Virus record (IMG/VR): IMGVR_UViG_3300042870_001240
Origin: a virus
Lineage: Duplodnaviria > Caudoviricetes
Direction: 5' to 3' (one strand)
DNA: 64,000 bases
Position numbers and translations under genes: made by a program. Positions 8,341-17,496 of the stretch are shown here, one piece after another. Every line of letters starts with the position of its first letter. Positions within the stretch are counted from its first letter, which is position 1. Below the pieces are notes generated by a model. The model made no database searches and had not been told where the DNA came from. It saw only the letters and a program-made list of their open reading frames with translations.

Positions 8341-8910
8341 TTATTTTTTAGAGTATTCGTTAAGTAATTTTATTTCAGAGTCGCACAAAGAGGGGTAACC
8401 CTCGTCAATTATTTTATCTAAAAGTTGGTCTAAAGTTTTTACTTTAGGTTTATCTTTATAGTTTATTTCTTTTAATATATCATCTTCATCTTGATTGATT
8501 ATTTCTTTTAATAAAGAATCTAAACCATTTTCAAGTTCTCTAATGAACAATTTTTGTACCTCAACCTGTTCTTCTTTAGTATTTTCAACAATTATACCTG
8601 TTTTGTCAGGATTAAAAAGATGTTTCTCCACACTTCTATCCAACCAATATGACATTTTGTCAGGTTCGTACGGGGATAAGAAATAAACAATTTCTGATGC
8701 TCCCAACATAAATTGAAAAAAATCTTTAATACTATCCAAACTTTCAAGTGAATTGAAAGTAATTATTGCGGATTCAGAACCAAAATAATATTGTACGTCA
8801 GTTGAGTCAGTTAATGTAACAATTTCTTCACCCAAAATTGTTACGAATTTTTCTTGTTCTTTGTGTTTCGCAAAAAGGAATAATATGTATTTCATATATT
8901 TATATTTCAT
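8341..8910 (-). CDS. hypothetical protein, 189 aa
   Basis: ORF; C-terminal LDQLLDKIIDEGYPSL...E helix motif. Confidence 0.7.
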   Translation of the reverse strand: MKYKYMKYILFLFAKHKEQEKFVTILGEEIVTLTDSTDVQYYFGSESAIITFNSLESLDSIKDFFQFMLGASEIVYFLSPYEPDKMSYWLDRSVEKHLFNPDKTGIIVENTKEEQVEVQKLFIRELENGLDSLLKEIINQDEDDILKEINYKDKPKVKTLDQLLDKIIDEGYPSLCDSEIKLLNEYSKK

Positions 8911-8914
8911 TCCA

Positions 8915-8945
8915 CAAATGTACTATTCTTTTATGGTTCTACAAA
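8915..8945 (-). promoter_or_regulatory. Bacteroidota-type primary-sigma promoter TTTG-N19-TACATTTG
   Basis: Exact match to the TTTG/TAnnTTTG consensus, ending 4 nt upstream of the ATG at 8910. Confidence 0.6.
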
Positions 8946-8946
8946 A

Positions 8947-11319
8947 TTATTGTGAGACAAAACTGACATTATCCTCTTTTTTGATTTTAACAACATTATC
9001 AGCCCAATTAGTTACCAAAGGATTATGTGTAATAACAAAAATTTTCTCGAAATATTCTTTAATCTTAGTGAAAAATTCTGCAACCATGTCCAAATTATCA
9101 TTTGATATTTTTCCAAATATTTCGTCAAACACTACGATATTTGGTTTTGGTAATGAACAAATTTTACTTAACACTGCTCTTAACGCTAAAGACGCAATGG
9201 TTCTTTCGTAACCTGAACCTGACGCCATCAGTTTTTCCACTTGGGTATTATTATCAATCATCAAGAACTCAACCTCATTCTTATCATTAATGTTAACTTC
9301 CAATCTGAAGTGAGAACTGTCCTCTAACAATCTTTGTAATTCAGAATTGATTAATGGCATCATGGTTTTCATAATCATTTTTGATACCCCATTTTTACCA
9401 TATATCTCCAAGTATATTTTGTATATTTTTTCTCGTTCAGCTTCTTCACCAATCTTAACAATTGTTTTTAGATTTTGTTCAATCTTATCTTTAAACGTTT
9501 GAATTTGATAATCGTTACTGTTTATTTTTTTAGTTGTGTTATTTTTTTCAACATCGAGGTCATCTAAACGTAAACCCGCCTTAATTAATTGGGTTTCAAT
9601 TTTTTCGTTAGATGTTATTTTATCTTGTAATTCATTATATTTCGTTAACTTCTCTTGAAGTCCTTTAATTTTTAAATCAAATCCTTCGATACTAAGTTCA
9701 TATTTTTCTTTGATTAATTTGTTTTTCTCATACTCATCAAACTCTTTTTTAAGGTGTACGAAACCTTGTTCTTTGACGGATAAATCCTGCATTAACCCCG
9801 AAATTTGGTCTTTTTGCATGATATATCCGTCAAGTTCGGCTATTTTAGATTGGGTAATTGATGCCATCATTAAATCAATTCCACAATGTTCACATTTGAT
9901 TCCACCGTCAACAGAACTTTTTAAATCCTCAATAGTTTTTATCTTATGGTCAACATCAACTTTTTTCTTATACTCCTCATTGTAGTCTTCCTTAACTTTA
10001 TCGTGTTCATCCTCATGATAAAAAGAGGATGGTTCCACAACCTTTATCTCAGATAATTGTTTTTCAACACCTTGTCTTTGACTTTTAAGAGTTATTATAT
10101 CCGTAGTTACTTTATCAGGAGAAAGTAAACTAATTTCTTTATCAATGTCAGTATGTTTACTTTTCAATAAATTATCTCTGTATTCCTGACCTTTAATGAT
10201 TCGGTCTTGAACATCAATTAAATCTTTTTGTAGTCGTTGGTTTTCTTCATTTAATTCAACTATTTTAGAATTATAATCCTCATTATCCGTTTTTAACTTC
10301 TCACTACTATAGATGTTAGACATCATTGATTTGGAGAAATCACTATAAATTTCTTTACCAGCATCTTCTTTCTTCTTAAGGAAGTCCAATCCCATAAATC
10401 TTGACAATACTTGTCCTCGAGCCGTTGGTTTAGAATCAATCAAATCTTCCAAGTTAGTCGCGGTAGTTAAGATTGTCATTAAGAAATCTTCTTTAGACCC
10501 AATAGACGTTTTAATGAACGCCTCAGTTTCTCGTCTTTGTTCTCCAGTAAAGTTTTGTAAACTACCGTCAAACAACTTTTTAAAGAAGTCCAATTCAGTC
10601 TTAACATTCCACTCACCTGCCTTAGATTTTTTTCTCTCAATGTTTCTAACAATGATGTATTCATCACCATCGATAATAATTTCCCCCTTAACGGATACTT
10701 TGTTCTTATCGGTAAATCGATTGAACACTTCTTCGGCTTTGGATGTTTTAGTTGTCTCATTAAAAAATAAGAACAATAGTAAATCCACCGTTAGGACTGT
10801 TTTTCCCCCAAAATTGGGCGGATTAGACTCAACAACAGAAATCCCATCACATTTTTCAAAATCCAATTTTTGATTCTCACCATATGAAAGGAAATTTGAG
10901 AACTCAATGTTCTTAATGAACCATCGTTTAAACGGACTGACTTCATTGTTATTAACTAATAATTTATTGTCAACAATCCCGTCAAGATGAATAACCTCAT
11001 CAAAATATTTCTCTAAAGATTTGGAGGTTAAATATGTTTTAACTAATTCGGACTGATAATTCTTGTCCAAGATATTAAAAGAGATATCGACTGTGTGAGT
11101 AACATCATCACTAGCCTTGGTCTTAGTAATAACATTTACATTAGTCGTGTTATATTTCTTTTGAAAGTAATGTCTAACGCTTTTAATCTTCTCTTGAGTA
11201 AAATTTTCAGCGTAGTCATCCCATACAACTTGCACATATGGATTATCTAAAGTTTCAAACTCTAATTCTTTATTCATTATTTTATAATTAAATTCTATTG
11301 GGGGATTGAACAAATCCAT
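8947..11319 (-). CDS. sbcC: SbcC/Rad50/gp46-like SMC ATPase with an extra N-terminal domain of about 130 aa
   Basis: IKNIEFSNFLSYG, Walker A NFGGKT, coiled coils, zinc hook CEHC, signature SGYE, Walker B VFDEIFG, H-loop ITHN. Confidence 0.9.
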   Translation of the reverse strand: MDLFNPPIEFNYKIMNKELEFETLDNPYVQVVWDDYAENFTQEKIKSVRHYFQKKYNTTNVNVITKTKASDDVTHTVDISFNILDKNYQSELVKTYLTSKSLEKYFDEVIHLDGIVDNKLLVNNNEVSPFKRWFIKNIEFSNFLSYGENQKLDFEKCDGISVVESNPPNFGGKTVLTVDLLLFLFFNETTKTSKAEEVFNRFTDKNKVSVKGEIIIDGDEYIIVRNIERKKSKAGEWNVKTELDFFKKLFDGSLQNFTGEQRRETEAFIKTSIGSKEDFLMTILTTATNLEDLIDSKPTARGQVLSRFMGLDFLKKKEDAGKEIYSDFSKSMMSNIYSSEKLKTDNEDYNSKIVELNEENQRLQKDLIDVQDRIIKGQEYRDNLLKSKHTDIDKEISLLSPDKVTTDIITLKSQRQGVEKQLSEIKVVEPSSFYHEDEHDKVKEDYNEEYKKKVDVDHKIKTIEDLKSSVDGGIKCEHCGIDLMMASITQSKIAELDGYIMQKDQISGLMQDLSVKEQGFVHLKKEFDEYEKNKLIKEKYELSIEGFDLKIKGLQEKLTKYNELQDKITSNEKIETQLIKAGLRLDDLDVEKNNTTKKINSNDYQIQTFKDKIEQNLKTIVKIGEEAEREKIYKIYLEIYGKNGVSKMIMKTMMPLINSELQRLLEDSSHFRLEVNINDKNEVEFLMIDNNTQVEKLMASGSGYERTIASLALRAVLSKICSLPKPNIVVFDEIFGKISNDNLDMVAEFFTKIKEYFEKIFVITHNPLVTNWADNVVKIKKEDNVSFVSQ

Positions 11320-11320
11320 T

Positions 11321-11563
11321 TTATTTCTCTAACTCCGAAACTTGGTCTTCAGTTGGGGTAACCTCTTCGTTACTAAGAACATCAATAATGTTCTCGGCAC
11401 TTAATTCATCATTTTCAGTTAATCCTGAAAATTTGTTTTGAAACGCTTGTAGTTGTTGTTCCATCATTTGAAGATATTTTTTCTCCGTTTGTTTTTTTTC
11501 GAGTCTAATGTTCTCGTTTCTTTTTGCGATTTTTGCTCTGTGAGCCTTTGATGCTTTACCCAT
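11321..11563 (-). CDS. hypothetical protein, 80 aa
   Basis: ORF in the gene run; basic N-terminus, acidic C-terminus. Confidence 0.65.
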   Translation of the reverse strand: MGKASKAHRAKIAKRNENIRLEKKQTEKKYLQMMEQQLQAFQNKFSGLTENDELSAENIIDVLSNEEVTPTEDQVSELEK

Positions 11564-11564
11564 G

Positions 11565-12080
11565 TTATATTGTATTATTTGTTAATTGTTCTATTAATTC
11601 TTCAGTTGATAACTCTCTTAACTTGTCTTGGTGTTTTTGATATTTTTCTTGTTCGAATTTTTTTCTGAATAATTCAATATTATTATCCAAAGTACTCATG
11701 TGTTTATTAATCTCCATTTGTTCTTCGTCATCATCAGTCATGTATACCTTCATAAAAGTATCATCCATGGTTGGTTTAAAATTATCCACCGTCTTTATGA
11801 AGTTTTTAATCCCGTCTTGGGCAATACCAATTCCTTTATTAAATTTGGTCTTTACCTCAATTCGTTTATATTGTTCGAACCTCACATGGTCACCAGTACT
11901 ATTAAAGTGAACATCAACGTTTTCGTTCTCCAAAAATTCAAAGATGTCTACCAATAAATCTTCATCATTAATAATACCCATATTTTCAAGTAAACTAAAA
12001 AATGTATTGGATTCAATGACCCATCGTTGTTTAATGTTTTCTTGTAATCGTTTTAAAACAAAGTCAGTTAGTTTTGACAT
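11565..12080 (-). CDS. hypothetical protein (likely start MSKLTDF at 12080)
   Basis: ORF track 11565..12113; the downstream ATG avoids overlap with the upstream gene. Confidence 0.6.
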   Translation of the reverse strand: MSKLTDFVLKRLQENIKQRWVIESNTFFSLLENMGIINDEDLLVDIFEFLENENVDVHFNSTGDHVRFEQYKRIEVKTKFNKGIGIAQDGIKNFIKTVDNFKPTMDDTFMKVYMTDDDEEQMEINKHMSTLDNNIELFRKKFEQEKYQKHQDKLRELSTEELIEQLTNNTI

Positions 12081-12087
12081 AGATTTA

Positions 12088-12438
12088 TTATTTTGTTGGT
12101 TTGTTTTCTTCAAACCATTCTACAATTGCGTTTATCGCCCACACAGCTCCTGATGATAATATACCATCAAAAAACCATCCACACCATAATGGCAATCCAA
12201 ATAATACCATAGATGGAGAGAATACCACTAATGATAAAAACCAACCGCCATGGAAACCAAAACACATGGGACAGGTTAATATACCTGAAATAAATTTACC
12301 AACAAATTGAAATGGTGTATATGGATTTTCTCCCCATTTATTAAAAAAATCTCTTAATCCTTGGAAAATACTTCCGAAGACCATAATGTTCATAAGTCCG
12401 TAACTTAAAATGAACCAAGTTAAAATGTTAATTGTCAT
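12088..12438 (-). CDS. membrane protein, DUF1360-like
   Basis: Three hydrophobic segments with an LTCPMCFGFHGGW CxxC motif. Confidence 0.55.
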   Translation of the reverse strand: MTINILTWFILSYGLMNIMVFGSIFQGLRDFFNKWGENPYTPFQFVGKFISGILTCPMCFGFHGGWFLSLVVFSPSMVLFGLPLWCGWFFDGILSSGAVWAINAIVEWFEENKPTK

Positions 12439-12441
12439 AAT

Positions 12442-13113
12442 TTATATGTTTTTTGTTAGGTTCGACCCTTTCATATAGACCGCACCTTGATTTATGTTTA
12501 GTTGTTCTAATTGTTTGATAGTCCCCTCAAGTTCTTGTATTTTTGTATTTTTATCTGTAAGTTCTTTTCTTAATTTATTCAAGGTATCTTGTAACATCAC
12601 CACTTTATCGTTAGACACACCAACTTCTTTAATCACCTCAACAATCTTTTCCACTTCAACAATCTTCTCAACCTCAACAATCTTCTCAATAATAATCGGT
12701 TCAGGATTGTCACAAATCTTTCCTATATTTGTGACAGAATTTTCTTCTTTTTTGTCGTAAATATATACTATTTTTTCGACAGGAACTTCCACTTTTATCT
12801 CTTTAATAACCTCTCTATCAACATACTCAATAACTTTAACTTCCGTGGGGGGTGTGGGAACTTCTTTAATGATTTCAACGATTTTTTCCACAATAACCTC
12901 AACAGGAACCTCCACCCGTTTTTCAACAATGATTTCTTTTACTTCATTATCAACCTCACCAATGATACCATATTTTTCTAAATTAAAACCTTTCTTAAAA
13001 CATTTATTAATAAATCCATCAATATCCATAATCTTGTTTAACAAACAAAAATCATAGATTTCTTTGGTATTTTTAATATCAATATTATACATTTGTGAGT
13101 TTTTCTTTTCCAT
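12442..13113 (-). CDS. EKIV/VEVP-repeat (articulin/alveolin-like) protein with a C-terminal coiled coil
   Basis: VEVPVEVIVEKIVEIIKEVP and IEKIVEVEKIVEVEKIVEV; alternative start at 13092. Confidence 0.7.
   Translation of the reverse strand: MEKKNSQMYNIDIKNTKEIYDFCLLNKIMDIDGFINKCFKKGFNLEKYGIIGEVDNEVKEIIVEKRVEVPVEVIVEKIVEIIKEVPTPPTEVKVIEYVDREVIKEIKVEVPVEKIVYIYDKKEENSVTNIGKICDNPEPIIIEKIVEVEKIVEVEKIVEVIKEVGVSNDKVVMLQDTLNKLRKELTDKNTKIQELEGTIKQLEQLNINQGAVYMKGSNLTKNI
12636..12689. repeat. 18-nt tandem repeat x3 encoding (V/I)EKIVE
   Basis: cctcaacaatcttttcca / cttcaacaatcttctcaa / cctcaacaatcttctcaa. Confidence 0.85.
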
Positions 13114-13867
13114 CTATAATATCCTCAAATGATTTTATTTTAAATGAAAGATACGGCTTTGGATTATGTAAATCAACAAATGAATATTCATCTGATTCTA
13201 AATTGTAGATTCCGAACCCGTGTTTAGTAACAGTTTCCCCAAAATTTTGTTGCAAACATGAACCTATCATGACACCCCTCTTACCATTTGGGATGTTAAA
13301 AACAGAACGTTTATGAACATCTCCACATAGAACAAGGTCTAACCCATTAAATTTTTCAACATCATAAGCATGTGAGCCAAAATCAAAACCTAAATCCGTA
13401 GTTAACCCCGCCACCGGGTCATGAAACAATCCAATCTTAAATCCAACCGCCGTATTAATTTCAGGAGGAACATTCCCTTGAAATTGTGAATACACACACC
13501 AAGACACATTTTCATCCTCATAGACACCTCTGTTCTTGTAATAAACAATATTTGGATTATTCAAATTATCAACAATAGGACTTATACTATCCAATCTATC
13601 ATTATTATTAATTAAGGCATCATGATTTCCAGGTATAAGTATTGTTTTAGCAATTAAAGAACATTCCGTTAATACCCAAGACGCGATTTCAATAACTTCC
13701 GGACTTAATTGATTTTTTGAGTGAAGTAGGTCACCAGTAAAGACTATTCTACAAGGTTTAATCTCTCTAAATTTTTCTAACATATCATTGAGTATTAACC
13801 TATAAAGGTCGTGGTCTTTGAATAATTTTAGATGTAAATCACTAAAATGACAAATGGTCTTAATCAT
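13085..13867 (-). CDS. sbcD: SbcD/Mre11/gp47-like metallophosphoesterase nuclease (catalytic domain only)
   Basis: HFSDLH, FTGDLLH, PGNHD, LFHDP and CGDVH motifs; proximity to SbcC. Confidence 0.85.
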   Translation of the reverse strand: MIKTICHFSDLHLKLFKDHDLYRLILNDMLEKFREIKPCRIVFTGDLLHSKNQLSPEVIEIASWVLTECSLIAKTILIPGNHDALINNNDRLDSISPIVDNLNNPNIVYYKNRGVYEDENVSWCVYSQFQGNVPPEINTAVGFKIGLFHDPVAGLTTDLGFDFGSHAYDVEKFNGLDLVLCGDVHKRSVFNIPNGKRGVMIGSCLQQNFGETVTKHGFGIYNLESDEYSFVDLHNPKPYLSFKIKSFEDIIDGKEKLTNV

Positions 13868-14810
13868 ATTTTTTACTTTCTTTTTTAAGTTTCATCATTT
13901 TTTTCACTTCTTTGTGATATTTTTCAACTTCATAAATCTTGTCTTCAACTTCCTTACCTTTTTTTAATATTTCCGCAAGTCTACCCGTATAACGATTAAT
14001 CCCTTGATTTTCCAAAAACTCATCAATTATTTTCTCAGTGATTATCTTAGGGTCAGTTCCAACCTCATCAATAAATTTATCTTTTAAATGTGATGGGATA
14101 ATTTTATTATTTAACCTCAATTCAATTTCACCAGGTTTAATCACATTTGTTTCTAAATAAAATACTTTATAACCAACATCTTCAGGTTTATTCACAGTTA
14201 AATCTACACCATAAACGTTTCTGTTAATTTCAGACCCATCATTGTTGTCTATCACCTCAAATAACCCTCTTACCAAAACACCTCTAAGTCCTTTAGTTTT
14301 GTATTCTTCAGGGTTATCCAAAACATCATCCAATAACTTATGAATGTCATTTCTTAATGTTAATTCATCATTAGCACCAGACACGTCTTGAGCCATTTCA
14401 GGTGACCAAGTTAATAAAATATGTTTTCTTGGTTCAAATGTGTCAATATCATAAATTGTCGGACCCATAGCAGCACCATTCTTAACAGGTTTAAGTAATC
14501 GACTTGGGTCATACATTTCAGGAGTTAAACCTAACGATAATAGATAACATCTACCTTTAAATTCTGTTAAATCAGAAAGTTTAATAGTGTTAGTTGTGTA
14601 AATTTCGCCATTTTTACCTTTAACCAACGGCATCGTTAAAATATCTAACGAATCGCATTTAGCAAATTCATCACATTCTTTAATTATGTTTTTATATTTA
14701 TCCAATTCATTACCATAAAAACAAGTCTCATCAGTAAACTTGTCATTGGTTAACATTGGATTATCTTTTTTACTAATTAAAGCTACTTCTAAAAATTCTT
14801 TTAATTTCAT
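13860..14810 (-). CDS. hypothetical protein, 316 aa
   Basis: Long ORF, no recognised motif. Confidence 0.8.
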   Translation of the reverse strand: MKLKEFLEVALISKKDNPMLTNDKFTDETCFYGNELDKYKNIIKECDEFAKCDSLDILTMPLVKGKNGEIYTTNTIKLSDLTEFKGRCYLLSLGLTPEMYDPSRLLKPVKNGAAMGPTIYDIDTFEPRKHILLTWSPEMAQDVSGANDELTLRNDIHKLLDDVLDNPEEYKTKGLRGVLVRGLFEVIDNNDGSEINRNVYGVDLTVNKPEDVGYKVFYLETNVIKPGEIELRLNNKIIPSHLKDKFIDEVGTDPKIITEKIIDEFLENQGINRYTGRLAEILKKGKEVEDKIYEVEKYHKEVKKMMKLKKESKKYD

Positions 14811-14857
14811 ATTTTTTATTATTTATTTTCTTTTATCAATCAAATCATTGATTCATA

Positions 14858-15097
14858 TTACATCACTATTTTTGGTGGTCTACCTAAATCATCATCGTCC
14901 TTAGTTGTTAAAGGTACTGAGATAGGATTAAAATATTGTTGTTGAGTTTTTGACAATTTAGAGAATTTCTCAAGGTCAAAGTCATCTTTCACCTCCCCCA
15001 TTTTTTCAACTATCGGGGTAATGTCGATGTGTTTATTTTCAAGTTTACCGTATAAGTAACCCTCTAACCAACTATAAAATTGTTTGTGATTTATCAT
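14858..15097 (-). CDS. hypothetical protein, 79 aa
   Basis: ORF in the gene run. Confidence 0.65.
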   Translation of the reverse strand: MINHKQFYSWLEGYLYGKLENKHIDITPIVEKMGEVKDDFDLEKFSKLSKTQQQYFNPISVPLTTKDDDDLGRPPKIVM

Positions 15098-15112
15098 TTT
15101 ACATATTAAAAT

Positions 15113-15322
15113 TTAGAATAATTCAAATTCAGGATTAACATGACCACATCCACTACACATATATGTTGGAAATGGGACAAGAGTATCTTCTGAACTACCT
15201 GTTAATATTTTACTTACTTTTTTTATCAATATAACTTCTTTAAAGTATTTTGAGTTACATTTCTCACACTCAACCGTTGGTTGTTGTTTTAGGTCAATTT
15301 TTGGTTTTAAAATATCGTCCAT
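15113..15322 (-). CDS. small zinc-ribbon protein
   Basis: CEKC...CSGC pair in 69 aa. Confidence 0.7.
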   Translation of the reverse strand: MDDILKPKIDLKQQPTVECEKCNSKYFKEVILIKKVSKILTGSSEDTLVPFPTYMCSGCGHVNPEFELF

Positions 15323-15323
15323 C

Positions 15324-15416
15324 TTATTTAATTATATAATTTATTTTTAATCCTTTTGAGAAATTATTATCCCAAGTTGTGGTATATACCCACGTAATTG
15401 TTATATCATTTTCCAT
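15324..15416 (-). CDS. 30-aa small ORF not in the ORF track (MENDITITWVYTTTWDNNFSKGLKINYIIK)
   Basis: Fills the intergenic gap, starts 5 nt after a promoter -10 box, and stops 1 nt before the next ATG. Confidence 0.5.
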   Translation of the reverse strand: MENDITITWVYTTTWDNNFSKGLKINYIIK

Positions 15417-15421
15417 ACTAA

Positions 15422-15451
15422 AATATAGTCATTTGGTTTTACTTAGTCAAA
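15422..15451 (-). promoter_or_regulatory. promoter (T)TTGACT-N17-TATATT(TT)
   Basis: Read on the minus strand; also fits TTTG-N20-TAnnTTTn. Confidence 0.6.
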
Positions 15452-16296
15452 TACTTTTTCATATCCATATCCATTATGGTTTGTTGAACTTCTTTTGGAA
15501 CTCGGAATTCCTCATAGTCACCAGTGTCTTTAACAAGAACTATAATACAACCATAAAGTTTGATATTCTCATATTTGGAACCTTGTAACATTTTAAGTAA
15601 TAATTTCCCATAAAACGGTAATTGTGTAAAATAATGCCCTAAAGCATTGTTTGGGTGTTTTTGGAAGGGATATTTCATTCTTGTCGTAAAATGACTCTCT
15701 TCAAAGTTCTTTTTTTTATTACTTTTCCAATCTGTTATCATTAAACCAACCTCAGTTTTTTCCTTATTCATAATTAACCATACCTTGTCAGGTTGTCCAG
15801 TGTAGGCCAGTTCTGGGTCACCTAATACAATCTCCGTATCAAGTAAAACCGCCCCTCTTTCAACCATAAGATTCAAATAATCAGTTCCGGCAGAAACCAT
15901 AGAGTCACTTTTAAGTATTTGGGTAAAATCACACTCAAAAATGGGTTGTCTTACTTCTTTATAAGAACCAAACATTTCAATAGTTTTCTTTTCCAACAGG
16001 TAATGAACCCTACTTCCCATATTGGTTGAATAATCTCCAGCAGCTTTCCATTCATCAAGTAATTGTCGTTGAACTTCGGGGTCTCCCTTAGCCTTCTTTA
16101 ATGAAATACCTTCACTATCAAACTCTTCGTAAAAATATTTCATCACCTTACTAACAGATGGATAATCACTTCGGATTACTCCGGTTTCATCCTTCATATA
16201 ATAGGTGTGAGTATCTTCAACAAATGTTAATTCTAACTCTTCTCTTCTTTTTTGTAATATGTCACGAATCTCGTTCGCAGTCTTATTTAAATCCAT
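15439..16296 (-). CDS. PD-(D/E)XK nuclease (RecB/Cas4-like exonuclease fold)
   Basis: E...GQPDKVW...ITDWKSN motif and a downstream YFTQLPFY helix. Confidence 0.75.
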   Translation of the reverse strand: MDLNKTANEIRDILQKRREELELTFVEDTHTYYMKDETGVIRSDYPSVSKVMKYFYEEFDSEGISLKKAKGDPEVQRQLLDEWKAAGDYSTNMGSRVHYLLEKKTIEMFGSYKEVRQPIFECDFTQILKSDSMVSAGTDYLNLMVERGAVLLDTEIVLGDPELAYTGQPDKVWLIMNKEKTEVGLMITDWKSNKKKNFEESHFTTRMKYPFQKHPNNALGHYFTQLPFYGKLLLKMLQGSKYENIKLYGCIIVLVKDTGDYEEFRVPKEVQQTIMDMDMKKYLTK

Positions 16297-17195
16297 TATC
16301 TTATTGTTATATAGTAATCATCAATCTGCCCCTTTAAATCAGCAACATCAGAATCACCTGTTAATTTTATTATTTTAATTTTACCGTATAATCTACCCCC
16401 ATTTAAATTATGATATAGTTTAACCGCATCTTGGAACGCATCACTATCCAAACAAAGAACGATATTACCGTTTGCTTTCTCATATAAAGTGGTTAATAAT
16501 AAGTCAGACATATGTTTACCCAACATAGCGATACTATTTGGTAGAAATATCGCATCAAACGCACCCTCACAAAGATAAATGTCTTCATCCCAATTAATCA
16601 TATTCTCAAAAAAAATTATCTCATCTTTAGGACACTCAGGGTTTTTGTATTTGGCACGACTATTTGGGTCCCAACTTCTGGCAATAAAATAATTTAATTG
16701 ATTCTTATTATTATAAGATGGGATTATAATCCTACCTGAGAACGAACCCTTATCACAAAAACCTATACCATACTTCTCAATAATATTATCAGTAATTCCA
16801 CGCTTAATTAAATAATTATATGCCTGTCTACGAATAGGATATACCAAACTACTATCTTTAAATTGGGTAAATCCTTCAGGTAATTTTAATTTGTTTTTTT
16901 GTTTTTCTTTTGGTTTTTGTTCTTCGGGTTGAAGTAGGTTGTAAATTTTCTTTTGTTTTTTATTACCATACTTATCAATCAACTTACCAAGAGTTCCGTG
17001 AGTCCCATTTATGTCTCCACACGCCCAACAATGAAACAAATGTTTTTCTAACGAAACTTCTAAATTACCTTTCCTCTCTTCTAAACCACATTCGGGACAA
17101 TTATATCCGTATTGCAATTTTGAATCATAGACTTTTTCAGGGTCACCCAAAATTTCGTGTAAAATCTCTAATAGTATTTCTTTATCATCAGACAT
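16296..17195 (-). CDS. dnaG: DNA primase (Zn-binding plus TOPRIM)
   Basis: CPEC...HCWAC zinc domain; YLCEGAFDA and CLDSDA TOPRIM motifs. Confidence 0.85.
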   Translation of the reverse strand: MSDDKEILLEILHEILGDPEKVYDSKLQYGYNCPECGLEERKGNLEVSLEKHLFHCWACGDINGTHGTLGKLIDKYGNKKQKKIYNLLQPEEQKPKEKQKNKLKLPEGFTQFKDSSLVYPIRRQAYNYLIKRGITDNIIEKYGIGFCDKGSFSGRIIIPSYNNKNQLNYFIARSWDPNSRAKYKNPECPKDEIIFFENMINWDEDIYLCEGAFDAIFLPNSIAMLGKHMSDLLLTTLYEKANGNIVLCLDSDAFQDAVKLYHNLNGGRLYGKIKIIKLTGDSDVADLKGQIDDYYITIR

Positions 17196-17201
17196 GGATT
17201 A

Positions 17202-17240
17202 AAAATAAGAAATATAATAATAGTTGTCAATCTTCACAAG
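17202..17240 (-). promoter_or_regulatory. overlapping promoter candidates for the primase operon (TTGTGA-N17-TATATT and TTGACA-N17-TATTTT)
   Basis: Read on the minus strand in the divergent intergenic region. Confidence 0.5.
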
Positions 17241-17277
17241 TTTTATAGGTTCATTATATTTATCTAAAAAGAATAAA

Positions 17278-17496
17278 ATGCCCACAGACATTACAATCAA
17301 CACAATTACGGGGTCGTCACCATTTGATGTTTATTTATGTGATAATCCGATTACAACATGTATATATATTGACACAATTTCGTCAACACCATATGTATTC
17401 GAAATTCCATCCATAATATCAAGTCAAAACGACTTTAATTTAAAAATTGTTGATAACAATAATTGTACTGTAATTGAAAACCTAAGTTTATTATGA
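17278..17496 (+). CDS. small Cys-containing beta protein, putative virion protein (paralog of 19485..19712)
   Basis: Likely start MPTDITI 14 nt after TATTTAT; ITGxxPxxVYxCD...C...KIxD...C pattern. Confidence 0.65.
   Translation: MPTDITINTITGSSPFDVYLCDNPITTCIYIDTISSTPYVFEIPSIISSQNDFNLKIVDNNNCTVIENLSLL

Noticed and set aside
15439-16296. PD-(D/E)XK protein as a CRISPR Cas4
   Set aside because: It has no four-Cys Fe-S motif and no cas context, and is translationally coupled to primase
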